Shown piece after piece: positions 47,260 to 55,036 of a stretch of 64,000 nucleotides of DNA. Positions within the stretch are counted from its first letter, which is position 1; the number at the start of each line of letters is the position of its first letter. The notes below the pieces were generated by a model that had not been told where the DNA came from, made no database searches, and worked only from the letters and a program-made list of their open reading frames with translations. The stretch spans positions 3,812 through 67,811 of the forward strand of contig DATKXS010000151.1 of NCBI GenBank assembly GCA_035528895.1, in the 5' to 3' direction. This DNA comes from Candidatus Desulfaltia sp. GTDB lineage: Bacteria > Acidobacteriota > Aminicenantia > Aminicenantales > UBA8522. Both the position numbers and the translations under genes were made by a program.

Positions 47260-48558
47260 ATGAGTTGGGTCGATGATTACAAAAAGAAACTGGTGAGCGC
47301 TGAAGAGGCCGTCTCCGTCGTCAAGAGCGGAGACCGTGTTTACATCAGCGGAAACGCCGCCACGCCTTATGTCCTGATGAAGGCGTTGGCGGCGCGGAAG
47401 GATGAGCTCATGGACGTGGAGCTCGTCCACGTTCTTCTCCTGGGTGATGACCCCCTTTCGAAACCGGATATGGAAGGGCATTTCCGCCACAATTCCCTGT
47501 TCGTCGGTCCGGCCGACCGCAAGGCCATCAACGAAGGAAGAGCCGACTACGTGCCGATTTTTCTCCATCAGATCCCCTCTCTGTTCACCTCGGGGCAGAT
47601 GTCCCTGGACGCGGCCATTCTCCATGTCTCCCCCCCCGACGAGCACGGGTTCATGAGCCTGGGGGTCGAGGTTTTGGCCTCCAAGGCGGCCGCCGAGACG
47701 GCCAAGCTCGTCATCGCCCAGGTCAACGACCGGATGCCGCGCGTCCTGGGCGACTCTTTCCTCCATGTTTCCCGCTTCCAAAAGATCGTCGAGACCTCCG
47801 AGCCGCTGCCCCAGCTCGAGAAGAGTCCGATCAGCGACGTCGAGCGGCTGATCGGCAAGTACATCGCCGACCTGATCGAGGACGGATCGACCCTGCAGCT
47901 CGGGATCGGGGGCATTCCAGATGCGGTTCTGGCGGCGCTGTCGGGCCGGCGCGACCTGGGGATCCACACCGAGATGGTCTCGGACGGAGTGATGGAGGCG
48001 ATCGAGGCCGGAATCGTCACCGGAGCGAAGAAGACCTTTCATCCTTACAAGGTCGTGATCACTTTCGCCCTCGGCAGCGACCGGCTTTACGATTTCATCG
48101 ATAACAACCCGGTGATCGAGGCCCACCCGACCGACTACGTCAATCATCCCTTCAATGTCGCCCGCAACGACAACATGGTCGCTATCAACTCGGCCATCGA
48201 GGTCGATATCACCGGGCAGGTTTGCTCGGACTCCATCGGGACCTTCATCTACAGCGGCTTCGGCGGCCAGGTCGATTTCATCCGCGGCGCGGCCCACTCC
48301 AAGGGCGGGAAGCCGATCATCGCCCTGCCCTCGACGGCCAAGGACGGGGAGATGACCAGGATCGTCCCCTTTCTCAAGAAGGGCGCCGGTGTCGTGACGA
48401 CCCGGGCCGATGTTCGCTGCATCGTAACCGAATACGGAGTCGCCTACCTCTGGGGTAAAAACCTCCTGGAGAGGACGACGGCGCTGATCAATATCGCTCA
48501 CCCCAAGTTCCGGCCGGACCTCATCCGGGAGGCCAAGGCCAGGAATCTTCTCAAGTAG
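47260..48558 (+). CDS. Acetyl-CoA hydrolase/transferase-family CoA-transferase (Cat1/Cat2/4-hydroxybutyrate CoA-transferase-like)
   Basis: 432 aa. Family motifs include GGIPDAVL, the catalytic Glu region EMVSDG and GGQVDF. Confidence 0.8.
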   Translation: MSWVDDYKKKLVSAEEAVSVVKSGDRVYISGNAATPYVLMKALAARKDELMDVELVHVLLLGDDPLSKPDMEGHFRHNSLFVGPADRKAINEGRADYVPIFLHQIPSLFTSGQMSLDAAILHVSPPDEHGFMSLGVEVLASKAAAETAKLVIAQVNDRMPRVLGDSFLHVSRFQKIVETSEPLPQLEKSPISDVERLIGKYIADLIEDGSTLQLGIGGIPDAVLAALSGRRDLGIHTEMVSDGVMEAIEAGIVTGAKKTFHPYKVVITFALGSDRLYDFIDNNPVIEAHPTDYVNHPFNVARNDNMVAINSAIEVDITGQVCSDSIGTFIYSGFGGQVDFIRGAAHSKGGKPIIALPSTAKDGEMTRIVPFLKKGAGVVTTRADVRCIVTEYGVAYLWGKNLLERTTALINIAHPKFRPDLIREAKARNLLK

Positions 48559-48562
48559 CTGT

Positions 48563-49240
48563 TTGGTCGCAGCGATGGAACAGCCCGAGCTTTTTCCCCC
48601 CGAGAAGGGCCATATCGGTACGGACGAATCAGGAAAGGGAGATTATTTCGGCCCCGTCGTCATCGCCGGTGTTTTTCTCCCGGAAGGCCAGGAAGACGTC
48701 CTCAGAGAGTTCGGAGTCAAGGACAGCAAGCGGACGTCCGACGGCCGGGTCCGGGAGCTGGCCGAGATCATCAAAAGGGGCTATACGCATTCCGTTGTCA
48801 GCATCGGGCCGGAGCGCTACAACGAGCTCTACGTGAAGCTCAGGAACCTGAATCGGATCCTGGCCTGGGGGCATTCCCGGGCGATCGAGAACATCCTCGA
48901 GAAAGTTCCCTGCCGTTTGGCCATAACCGACCAGTTCGGCGACAAGGCTTTCGTCATGAATGCCTTGATGAAAAAAGGGAAGCGCCTTGAGCTCATCCAG
49001 AGGCCGAAGGCGGAGGAGGATCTGGCTGTGGCCGCCGCCTCTCTGCTGGCCCGGGCGGAATTCCTGAAACGTCTTCACTTTCTCTCCCAAGACGTCGGGA
49101 TCGACTTGCCCAAAGGGGCTTCGTCCATGGTCGAAGAAGCCGGAGCCAGGCTCGTCCGGCTCCGCGGCGCCCAGATCCTTGATAAAGTGGCTAAGAAGCA
49201 TTTTAAGATCACCGAGCGGGTCCTCAATCTGGCGTCATGA
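48563..49240 (+). CDS. RNase H type-2 family protein with RNase HIII-type catalytic motif but no N-terminal substrate-binding domain
   Basis: GTDESGKGDYFGPVVIAGV near residue 18 resembles the RNase HIII signature (DESGKGDYFGP). The protein is only 225 aa and begins 5 nt after the upstream stop, so no TBP-like N-domain is encoded. Confidence 0.5.
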   Translation: MVAAMEQPELFPPEKGHIGTDESGKGDYFGPVVIAGVFLPEGQEDVLREFGVKDSKRTSDGRVRELAEIIKRGYTHSVVSIGPERYNELYVKLRNLNRILAWGHSRAIENILEKVPCRLAITDQFGDKAFVMNALMKKGKRLELIQRPKAEEDLAVAAASLLARAEFLKRLHFLSQDVGIDLPKGASSMVEEAGARLVRLRGAQILDKVAKKHFKITERVLNLAS

Positions 49241-50457
49241 CGGGGAGAGCGATGGTGACGAGAAGACTCTATTTCGAAGATGCCTATCAGCGGGAATTCG
49301 CCGGACGTGTCCTGGAGCAGTTCGTTCACCAGGGGAAGCCGGCCGTCGTCCTCGACGAGACCTGCTTCTATCCCGAGTCCGGAGGCCAGCCGGCCGACCG
49401 GGGGAGTCTGGAGGAGGCCGAGGTCAGCCACGTCTTCGAGGACGGGGATCGGATCGTCCACCTTCTCGACCGGGAGTTGAGCCGGACGGAAGTCCGGGGA
49501 ATCATCGCCTGGGACCGTCGTTTCGACCACATGCAGCAGCATTCCGGTCAACACATCCTTTCCCAGTGCTTTATCGAGATCTTGCAGGGAGAGACCCGGT
49601 CCTTTCATCTAGGAGAACAGGTCGCGACTCTGGAGATCGGGACAAGCGCGATTTCGGACGAAGACCTGGAGAGGATTGAGGCCAGGGCCAACGAGATCGT
49701 CTTCGAGAACCGGGAGATCAAGACTTATTTTGTGGACACGGAAGCGGTCGATAAGGTACCGCTTCGGCGGCCCCCCAAGAAGGAAGGCACGATCCGTGTC
49801 GTCGAGGTGAACGGATTCGATTTTTCCGCCTGCGGCGGCACTCACTGCCGGAGGACAGGAGAGATCGGACTGATCAAGGTCATCCGCTGGGACAAGATCA
49901 GGAACAATCTGCGTTTCGAATTCCTCTGCGGGCGCCGGGCCCGGCATGACTATGCGCAGAAGAACCGGTCTCTCCTGGAAATCAGCCAGAAGCTCTCGGT
50001 CCGGGAAAGTGACGCGGCCGCAGCCGTCGAGAAGACAATCCAGGAAGCCAAACACTTTCGCAAGAGGCAGAGACAATTGCATGAAGCTTTGGCCGCCTAC
50101 CAGGCCGAAGAGGCCGTCAAGACGGCGAAAGGCCTCCTGATTAAAGCGATCTGGACAGTTAAGACCGCCGAGGAAGCCAAACTCCTGGCGCTCAGCATCA
50201 TCAAGCTGGCCGACCTGGCTGTCCTGTTCGCCGTCAGGGGTGAAGAGAGGGATCACCTTGTCTTCGCCTGCTCAGACAAGCTTCCCTTGAACATGAGGGA
50301 GCTGGTGCCGATCTTAGCGTCCCTGGTTAAGGCGAAGGGCGGAGGGAGCGCCTCGCTCGTCGAACTGGTCGCCGAAAAGGGTTCGGATCTCGAAGGGGCC
50401 CTCAACGCTGCCGAGGCATATCTCAAGGGAAAACTGGCCTCCCCGGCCAAGGAATAA
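49237..50457 (+). CDS. AlaX-type alanyl-tRNA editing protein (tRNA-SAD + DHHA1-like C-terminus)
   Basis: Zn-binding editing motifs HSGQH (HxxxH) and CGGTHC (CxxxH), as in the AlaRS editing domain / AlaX-L. Confidence 0.7.
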   Translation: MTGRAMVTRRLYFEDAYQREFAGRVLEQFVHQGKPAVVLDETCFYPESGGQPADRGSLEEAEVSHVFEDGDRIVHLLDRELSRTEVRGIIAWDRRFDHMQQHSGQHILSQCFIEILQGETRSFHLGEQVATLEIGTSAISDEDLERIEARANEIVFENREIKTYFVDTEAVDKVPLRRPPKKEGTIRVVEVNGFDFSACGGTHCRRTGEIGLIKVIRWDKIRNNLRFEFLCGRRARHDYAQKNRSLLEISQKLSVRESDAAAAVEKTIQEAKHFRKRQRQLHEALAAYQAEEAVKTAKGLLIKAIWTVKTAEEAKLLALSIIKLADLAVLFAVRGEERDHLVFACSDKLPLNMRELVPILASLVKAKGGGSASLVELVAEKGSDLEGALNAAEAYLKGKLASPAKE

Positions 50458-50512
50458 GGGTTTCCTGGTTTCGGTAGGGAAGCGGCCGGGCTGACGAACC
50501 CTAAGCCCGAGC

Positions 50513-51760
50513 CTACTCGTAGCGGAGGGAGACGATGGGCTCGAGCCGGGCCGCTTTGCGGGCGGGGAAGATCCCGAAGAACAGCCCCACCGATACCGCC
50601 ACCAGGAATCCCAGGACGACCGACCAGGGTGTGACCGAAGCCGGCAGGGGAGTGGCCGCCTTGACCAGCGCGGCGATCAAGTAGCCGATGATGATGCCCA
50701 GGATGCCGCCCGTCCCGGTCAGGAACACGGCCTCGAAAAGGAACTGTTTGAGGATGTCCGCCGAGCGCGCGCCGATGGCCTTGCGGATCCCGATCTCCCG
50801 CGTCCTCTCCTTCACCGAGACGAGCATGATGTTCATGACCCCGATGCCGCCGACCAGCAGACCGATCGAAGAGATGACGATCATCACCAGGTAGGCGGCG
50901 CCGGTGATCTGGTTGTACAGGCCGACAATCGCGTCCTGGGTGAAGACCGCGAAGTCGTTCGGCTTGCCGAACCCGACCTTGTGCCTTTTGCGGAGAATAT
51001 TGGTAATGTCCTCGATGGTCTCTGGGATAGAGCCGTGCTTTTTCGGCGTGACGATGACTTGGATCTGTTCCGGGTTATAGGGGAAATATTTCATCAGTGT
51101 GGAGATGGGAATGCCCGCGAAATTATCCCGGCTCTGGCCGAACATCGCCCCCCTCTTCTTGAGGACGCCGACGACCTGGAATGATTCGGGGCCGATGCGG
51201 ATTTCTTTGCCTAAAGGATTGGTGTGGGGGAAGAGGATCTCAGCCAGATCGGCCCCCAGCACACAGACCCTGGCGCTGTGCCGGACATCGGATTCACTCA
51301 GGAAGCGGCCCAGGAGGGGCTGATAGACCGAGAGGACCTGAGGATACTGCTCGTTCATCCCCAGGATGAGGGATTCCTCGCTCTTGATGTTCTGGTGCTT
51401 GATGGGGATGCCCTGGAAAATATCGGCCACGAGCTGGACGGCGACGGCTTTGACCAGCGGGCTTTCCTGTTCGAGGGCCAGGGCATCATCGAAGGTCAGG
51501 TCTTTTCGCTGCCGATCTTCCTCTGAGCTTCTCTCAAACTGGATGCCCGGCTCGAACTTGGAGACGATTATGAGGTCGGAACCGACCGACTCGAGCTCCT
51601 GCAGGACGGACCGGTTCAGTCCCTGGATGATGGAAACCATAGCGATTACCGTCATGACCCCGATGACGATCCCCAGGATCGTCAGAAAAGAGCGCATCTT
51701 ATGACTTTTCAGGGAATCGACCGCCATGTGCACGATCTCACCCAGGATGCCCGCTCTCAT
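50513..51760 (-). CDS. ABC transporter permease, FtsX/MacB-LolCE type
   Basis: 415 aa. N-terminal TM segment, large periplasmic domain, then three C-terminal TM helices with the FtsX-family block (MLVSVKERTREIGIRKAIGA). Confidence 0.8.
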   Translation of the reverse strand: MRAGILGEIVHMAVDSLKSHKMRSFLTILGIVIGVMTVIAMVSIIQGLNRSVLQELESVGSDLIIVSKFEPGIQFERSSEEDRQRKDLTFDDALALEQESPLVKAVAVQLVADIFQGIPIKHQNIKSEESLILGMNEQYPQVLSVYQPLLGRFLSESDVRHSARVCVLGADLAEILFPHTNPLGKEIRIGPESFQVVGVLKKRGAMFGQSRDNFAGIPISTLMKYFPYNPEQIQVIVTPKKHGSIPETIEDITNILRKRHKVGFGKPNDFAVFTQDAIVGLYNQITGAAYLVMIVISSIGLLVGGIGVMNIMLVSVKERTREIGIRKAIGARSADILKQFLFEAVFLTGTGGILGIIIGYLIAALVKAATPLPASVTPWSVVLGFLVAVSVGLFFGIFPARKAARLEPIVSLRYE

Positions 51761-52992
51761 GGCTCCGACCTAAGCGCTTCGACGGGATTCAGCTTGGCCG
51801 CTTTGTTGGCCGGGTAGATGCCGAAAAAGAGGCCGATGCAGGTAGACATGGCAATGGCCATAATGATGGATACCGGGTCGACGGACGAAGGCAGGGAAGT
51901 GGCGGCCGAGACGATCTTGGCAAGGGCAAGACCGAGTAGGATGCCGATCAGCCCCCCCGTTCCCGAGAGGACCGCCGACTCGATCAGGAATTGGAAGAGG
52001 ATGTCCTGCCGCCGCGCGCCAACCGCCATGCGGATGCCGATTTCCTTGGTCCTCTCGGAGACCGAGACGAGCATGATGTTCATAACCACGATCCCGCCGA
52101 CCAGAAGGGCGATGGAAGAGACGGCGATCATGGCGAAGTAGATCCCCGAGGTGACCCTTTTATAGAGCTGGATGAAGGACTCCGAAGTCCGGAAGGAAAA
52201 GTCATCTTGGTCATCGAAGGAGCGATGGCGGGCGGACCGGAGGAGCGTCCTCACCTCTTCTTGAGCATCCTTCATTTGTTCCTGGGAAGTCGTATGGACG
52301 TTGATATCGATGCTTTGGCGCGAGCCGTAGATCTTCCCGAAGGTCGTGATCGGGATGTTAACGTAGTTGTCCTGGCTGAAGCCTAGGAGTTTGCCTTTCT
52401 TTTTGCCCAAGCCAACAACCAGGAAATTGTCGGCGCCGACCTTGATCCATTTGCCTACCGGGTCGGTATAGGGGAAGAGCTTCTCCTTGATATCGAACCC
52501 GACGATGCAGATCAGGCGGGAGTGGGTCTCATCCTCCCTCCGGAGCTGGCGGCCGGCCTCGAGCTCCAGGACCGAGCCGATGTTGTAATCGAGGTGGGTG
52601 ACGCCGCGGATCTCGATATTCCTCAGCGATTGGCTGCCGGCCTTGACCGTCCGACTCGTCTCCATGCTGGCCCCAACGAGTTCGCAGCTGCGGCATTCCC
52701 GGCGCAGGAGTTCCATCTCGTTCAGAGTGAGGTCTTTCCGTTTCATCTGTTCCGTGAAATCCTTGAGCGATATCCCGAACAGCGAAAATTTGGTAACTGA
52801 GAAATCGTTGGTGCCGTAAAAGGACATCTTGGTGTAGACGTATTTATTGAGCCCCTGGATCACCGAAACGACGGCGATGATGGTGAGCACTCCGATGATG
52901 ATGCCGAGCAGGGTCAAGAAGGTCCGCAGCTTGTTAGCCCAGAGAGATCCCATCGACATGGAGAATGATTCACCGAGGTTGAGGCGGGCCAT
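51757..52992 (-). CDS. ABC transporter permease, FtsX/MacB-LolCE type (tandem paralogue)
   Basis: 411 aa with the same architecture and the block MLVSVSERTKEIGIRMAVGA. Overlaps the downstream permease by 4 nt. Confidence 0.8.
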   Translation of the reverse strand: MARLNLGESFSMSMGSLWANKLRTFLTLLGIIIGVLTIIAVVSVIQGLNKYVYTKMSFYGTNDFSVTKFSLFGISLKDFTEQMKRKDLTLNEMELLRRECRSCELVGASMETSRTVKAGSQSLRNIEIRGVTHLDYNIGSVLELEAGRQLRREDETHSRLICIVGFDIKEKLFPYTDPVGKWIKVGADNFLVVGLGKKKGKLLGFSQDNYVNIPITTFGKIYGSRQSIDINVHTTSQEQMKDAQEEVRTLLRSARHRSFDDQDDFSFRTSESFIQLYKRVTSGIYFAMIAVSSIALLVGGIVVMNIMLVSVSERTKEIGIRMAVGARRQDILFQFLIESAVLSGTGGLIGILLGLALAKIVSAATSLPSSVDPVSIIMAIAMSTCIGLFFGIYPANKAAKLNPVEALRSEP

Positions 52993-53044
52993 ATTATCCT
53001 GTTCTTATTGTATATTAAAATATACGGAAGAGAGAAGTTGAGGT

Positions 53045-53713
53045 TTGGCGCGCCTTGACAAAAACAGGGGGCAGAGGCAGAATGACGCTGAGCTCATGCC
53101 TTTGAAAAAAACGGCGGCCAAGGGAAAAAAGAAGGGCGGAGATCTGCTCGTCCCCTGCCTGTACTTCGATAGGCCGGGGCCGCAGAACACCCTTCGGACA
53201 CTTCAGATCGCCGCCGCCCGCGCCGAGGAGTCGGGCATCGGCAATATCGTCGTGGCCTCGAGCTCCGGAAAAACAGGGGTCCAGGCGGCGGCGTTCTTCC
53301 CCGCCAAAAACCTGGTCGTGGTCACGCATTCGACCGGCTTCCTAAAACCCGATTTCCAGGAGCTCAGGCCGGCTCTGCGCCGGAAAATCGAGGCCCTCGG
53401 CGGGAAGATCCTCACCTGCCAGCATGCTTTCGGCGGAGTGAACCGCTCCGTCAGGAAGAAACTTGCGACCTACGAGCTCGACGAGATCATCGCTTACACG
53501 CTCCGCACCCTCGGAGAAGGGGCCAAAGTGGCCATCGAGATCAGCCTCATGGCGGCCGATGCGGGCCTGATCTCCATCCAAGAGCCTTGTATCGCTATCG
53601 GAGGGTCGAGCTGGGGGGCCGATACCGCGCTCCTCTTGCGGCCCGCCAACGCCCAGACTTTCTTTGACCTGAGGATCCTCGAGGTCCTGGCGAAGCCTCA
53701 TTTCTTCGACTAA
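53045..53713 (+). CDS. Pyruvate-kinase C-terminal (alpha/beta) domain-like protein (start uncertain)
   Basis: IVVASSSGKTGVQAAAFFPAKNLVVVTHS parallels the PK C-domain block (IVVLTESGRSA...PIIAVT). Assigned by recollection only. The N-terminal 20-30 aa of the track ORF may not be translated. Confidence 0.35.
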   Translation: MARLDKNRGQRQNDAELMPLKKTAAKGKKKGGDLLVPCLYFDRPGPQNTLRTLQIAAARAEESGIGNIVVASSSGKTGVQAAAFFPAKNLVVVTHSTGFLKPDFQELRPALRRKIEALGGKILTCQHAFGGVNRSVRKKLATYELDEIIAYTLRTLGEGAKVAIEISLMAADAGLISIQEPCIAIGGSSWGADTALLLRPANAQTFFDLRILEVLAKPHFFD

Positions 53714-53740
53714 ATGAGTGTCGATGAGCTGGAGGAAACA

Positions 53741-54298
53741 ATGAAAAAAAACTTTTTTCGTTCGGCCTTCTGCGGTGTCCTTTTCCTGGCCTTCCTTTCC
53801 GCTCCAGCGAGGGCGCAGTTCTACCTTGGCATCCGGGGCGGCCTCTCCAACCAGAATGCGCGAGCGGATCAACTCAAATTCGATAAAAACTCGGCCTTCC
53901 TCTACGGAGCCCAGGTCGGGATCAAGTTTCTTGGGCTGGCCGTGGAAGGGCAGTTTTATCGTGCCGATCACAATCTCCTGGCTGAGACTGAAGCGATGGT
54001 TAAGGTCGAGCAGGAGATGGATTATTATTATCTCGGCATCAGTGGCAAACTTGGGATCCCCCTGGCGATCGTCTATCCCTATGTCACGGTCGGCTACGGA
54101 ACCTATTCCGTGGACCTGAAGGGCCTCGGCAAGAAATCGGACCGCGCCTTCAACGTCGGCGCCGGCGCCGAGGTGAAACTGGGCAAGGTCGGGATTTTCG
54201 GCGAGCTCCGGTATACCGACTTTGGCCTGGACATCAAGGACATAGCCTGGGACTTCGGCGGAGTGGACCTCCATTTCGGCCTGAACATCCACTTCTGA
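53741..54298 (+). CDS. Outer-membrane beta-barrel protein (OmpA/OmpW-like small barrel)
   Basis: Signal peptide MKKNFFRSAFCGVLFLAFLSAPARA. Alternating hydrophobic beta-strands, C-terminal ...LNIHF ending in Phe. Length is consistent with an 8-10 stranded barrel. Confidence 0.6.
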   Translation: MKKNFFRSAFCGVLFLAFLSAPARAQFYLGIRGGLSNQNARADQLKFDKNSAFLYGAQVGIKFLGLAVEGQFYRADHNLLAETEAMVKVEQEMDYYYLGISGKLGIPLAIVYPYVTVGYGTYSVDLKGLGKKSDRAFNVGAGAEVKLGKVGIFGELRYTDFGLDIKDIAWDFGGVDLHFGLNIHF

Positions 54299-54309
54299 CC
54301 CACCGGGAA

Positions 54310-55035
54310 TTGAAGGTCCGGCTCAATAAATACCTCTCCGAGGCCGGAGTGGCCTCGCGCCGCGAGGCCGACCGTTGGATTCTTGAAGGCCGCATCTCGG
54401 TCAACCGCAAGATCGTCGACGAGCTCGGCGTCAAGGTGGATGAAGATCAGGATGTCGTCCAGGTCGACGGCAAAACTGTTAGGAAGGAGAGCCGGTTTCT
54501 GTATGTTCTGCTGAATAAGCCCGCCGGCTATCTGGTCACCCTCAAGGACCCTTTTCATCGTCCCACGGTCAGGGACCTGATACCAACCTCACTGGGGAGG
54601 GTCTTCCCCGTGGGGCGTCTGGATTTCGAGAGTGAGGGAGCCCTGCTCCTGACCAACGACGGCGAACTGGCCTACCGGCTGACCCACCCCCGCTTCGAGG
54701 TCCGCAAGGTCTATGTCGCGAAGGTTCGCGGAGAGCCGGACGAAAAGGCCCTCCGCCGGCTGGGAAGGGGCGTTTTGCTGGAGGGAAAAAGGACCGCTCC
54801 GGCCAAAGCGGCTCTTCTCACAGCCCACCCGAAATCGAGCCGGCTCCGGATCGAGCTCTCTGAAGGCCGCAAAAGAGAGGTCCGGGAGATGTGTCGGGCC
54901 GTCGGCCATCCTGTCTTGGAGCTCCGTCGGATCGAGTTTGCCGGCCTGGGGTTGAAACCCCTGAAACGGGGCCAGTGGAGGCATCTCGAACTCCGGGAGG
55001 TTCGCCGGCTCAAGAGGCTGGTCGACCTCGCTTGA
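54310..55035 (+). CDS. Pseudouridine synthase, RsuA/RluB family (S4 domain + catalytic domain)
   Basis: S4 RNA-binding N-terminus (VRLNKYLSEAGVASRREADRWI), catalytic motif VGRLDFESEGALLLTNDGELA (GRLD, Asp nucleophile) and KVYVAKV. Confidence 0.8.
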   Translation: MKVRLNKYLSEAGVASRREADRWILEGRISVNRKIVDELGVKVDEDQDVVQVDGKTVRKESRFLYVLLNKPAGYLVTLKDPFHRPTVRDLIPTSLGRVFPVGRLDFESEGALLLTNDGELAYRLTHPRFEVRKVYVAKVRGEPDEKALRRLGRGVLLEGKRTAPAKAALLTAHPKSSRLRIELSEGRKREVREMCRAVGHPVLELRRIEFAGLGLKPLKRGQWRHLELREVRRLKRLVDLA

Positions 55036-55036
55036 A

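Noticed and set aside
45802-48501. 899-aa minus-strand ORF across nfnB-like and CoA-transferase genes
   Set aside because: This is a long antisense ORF typical of high-GC DNA. The sense-strand genes are well supported.
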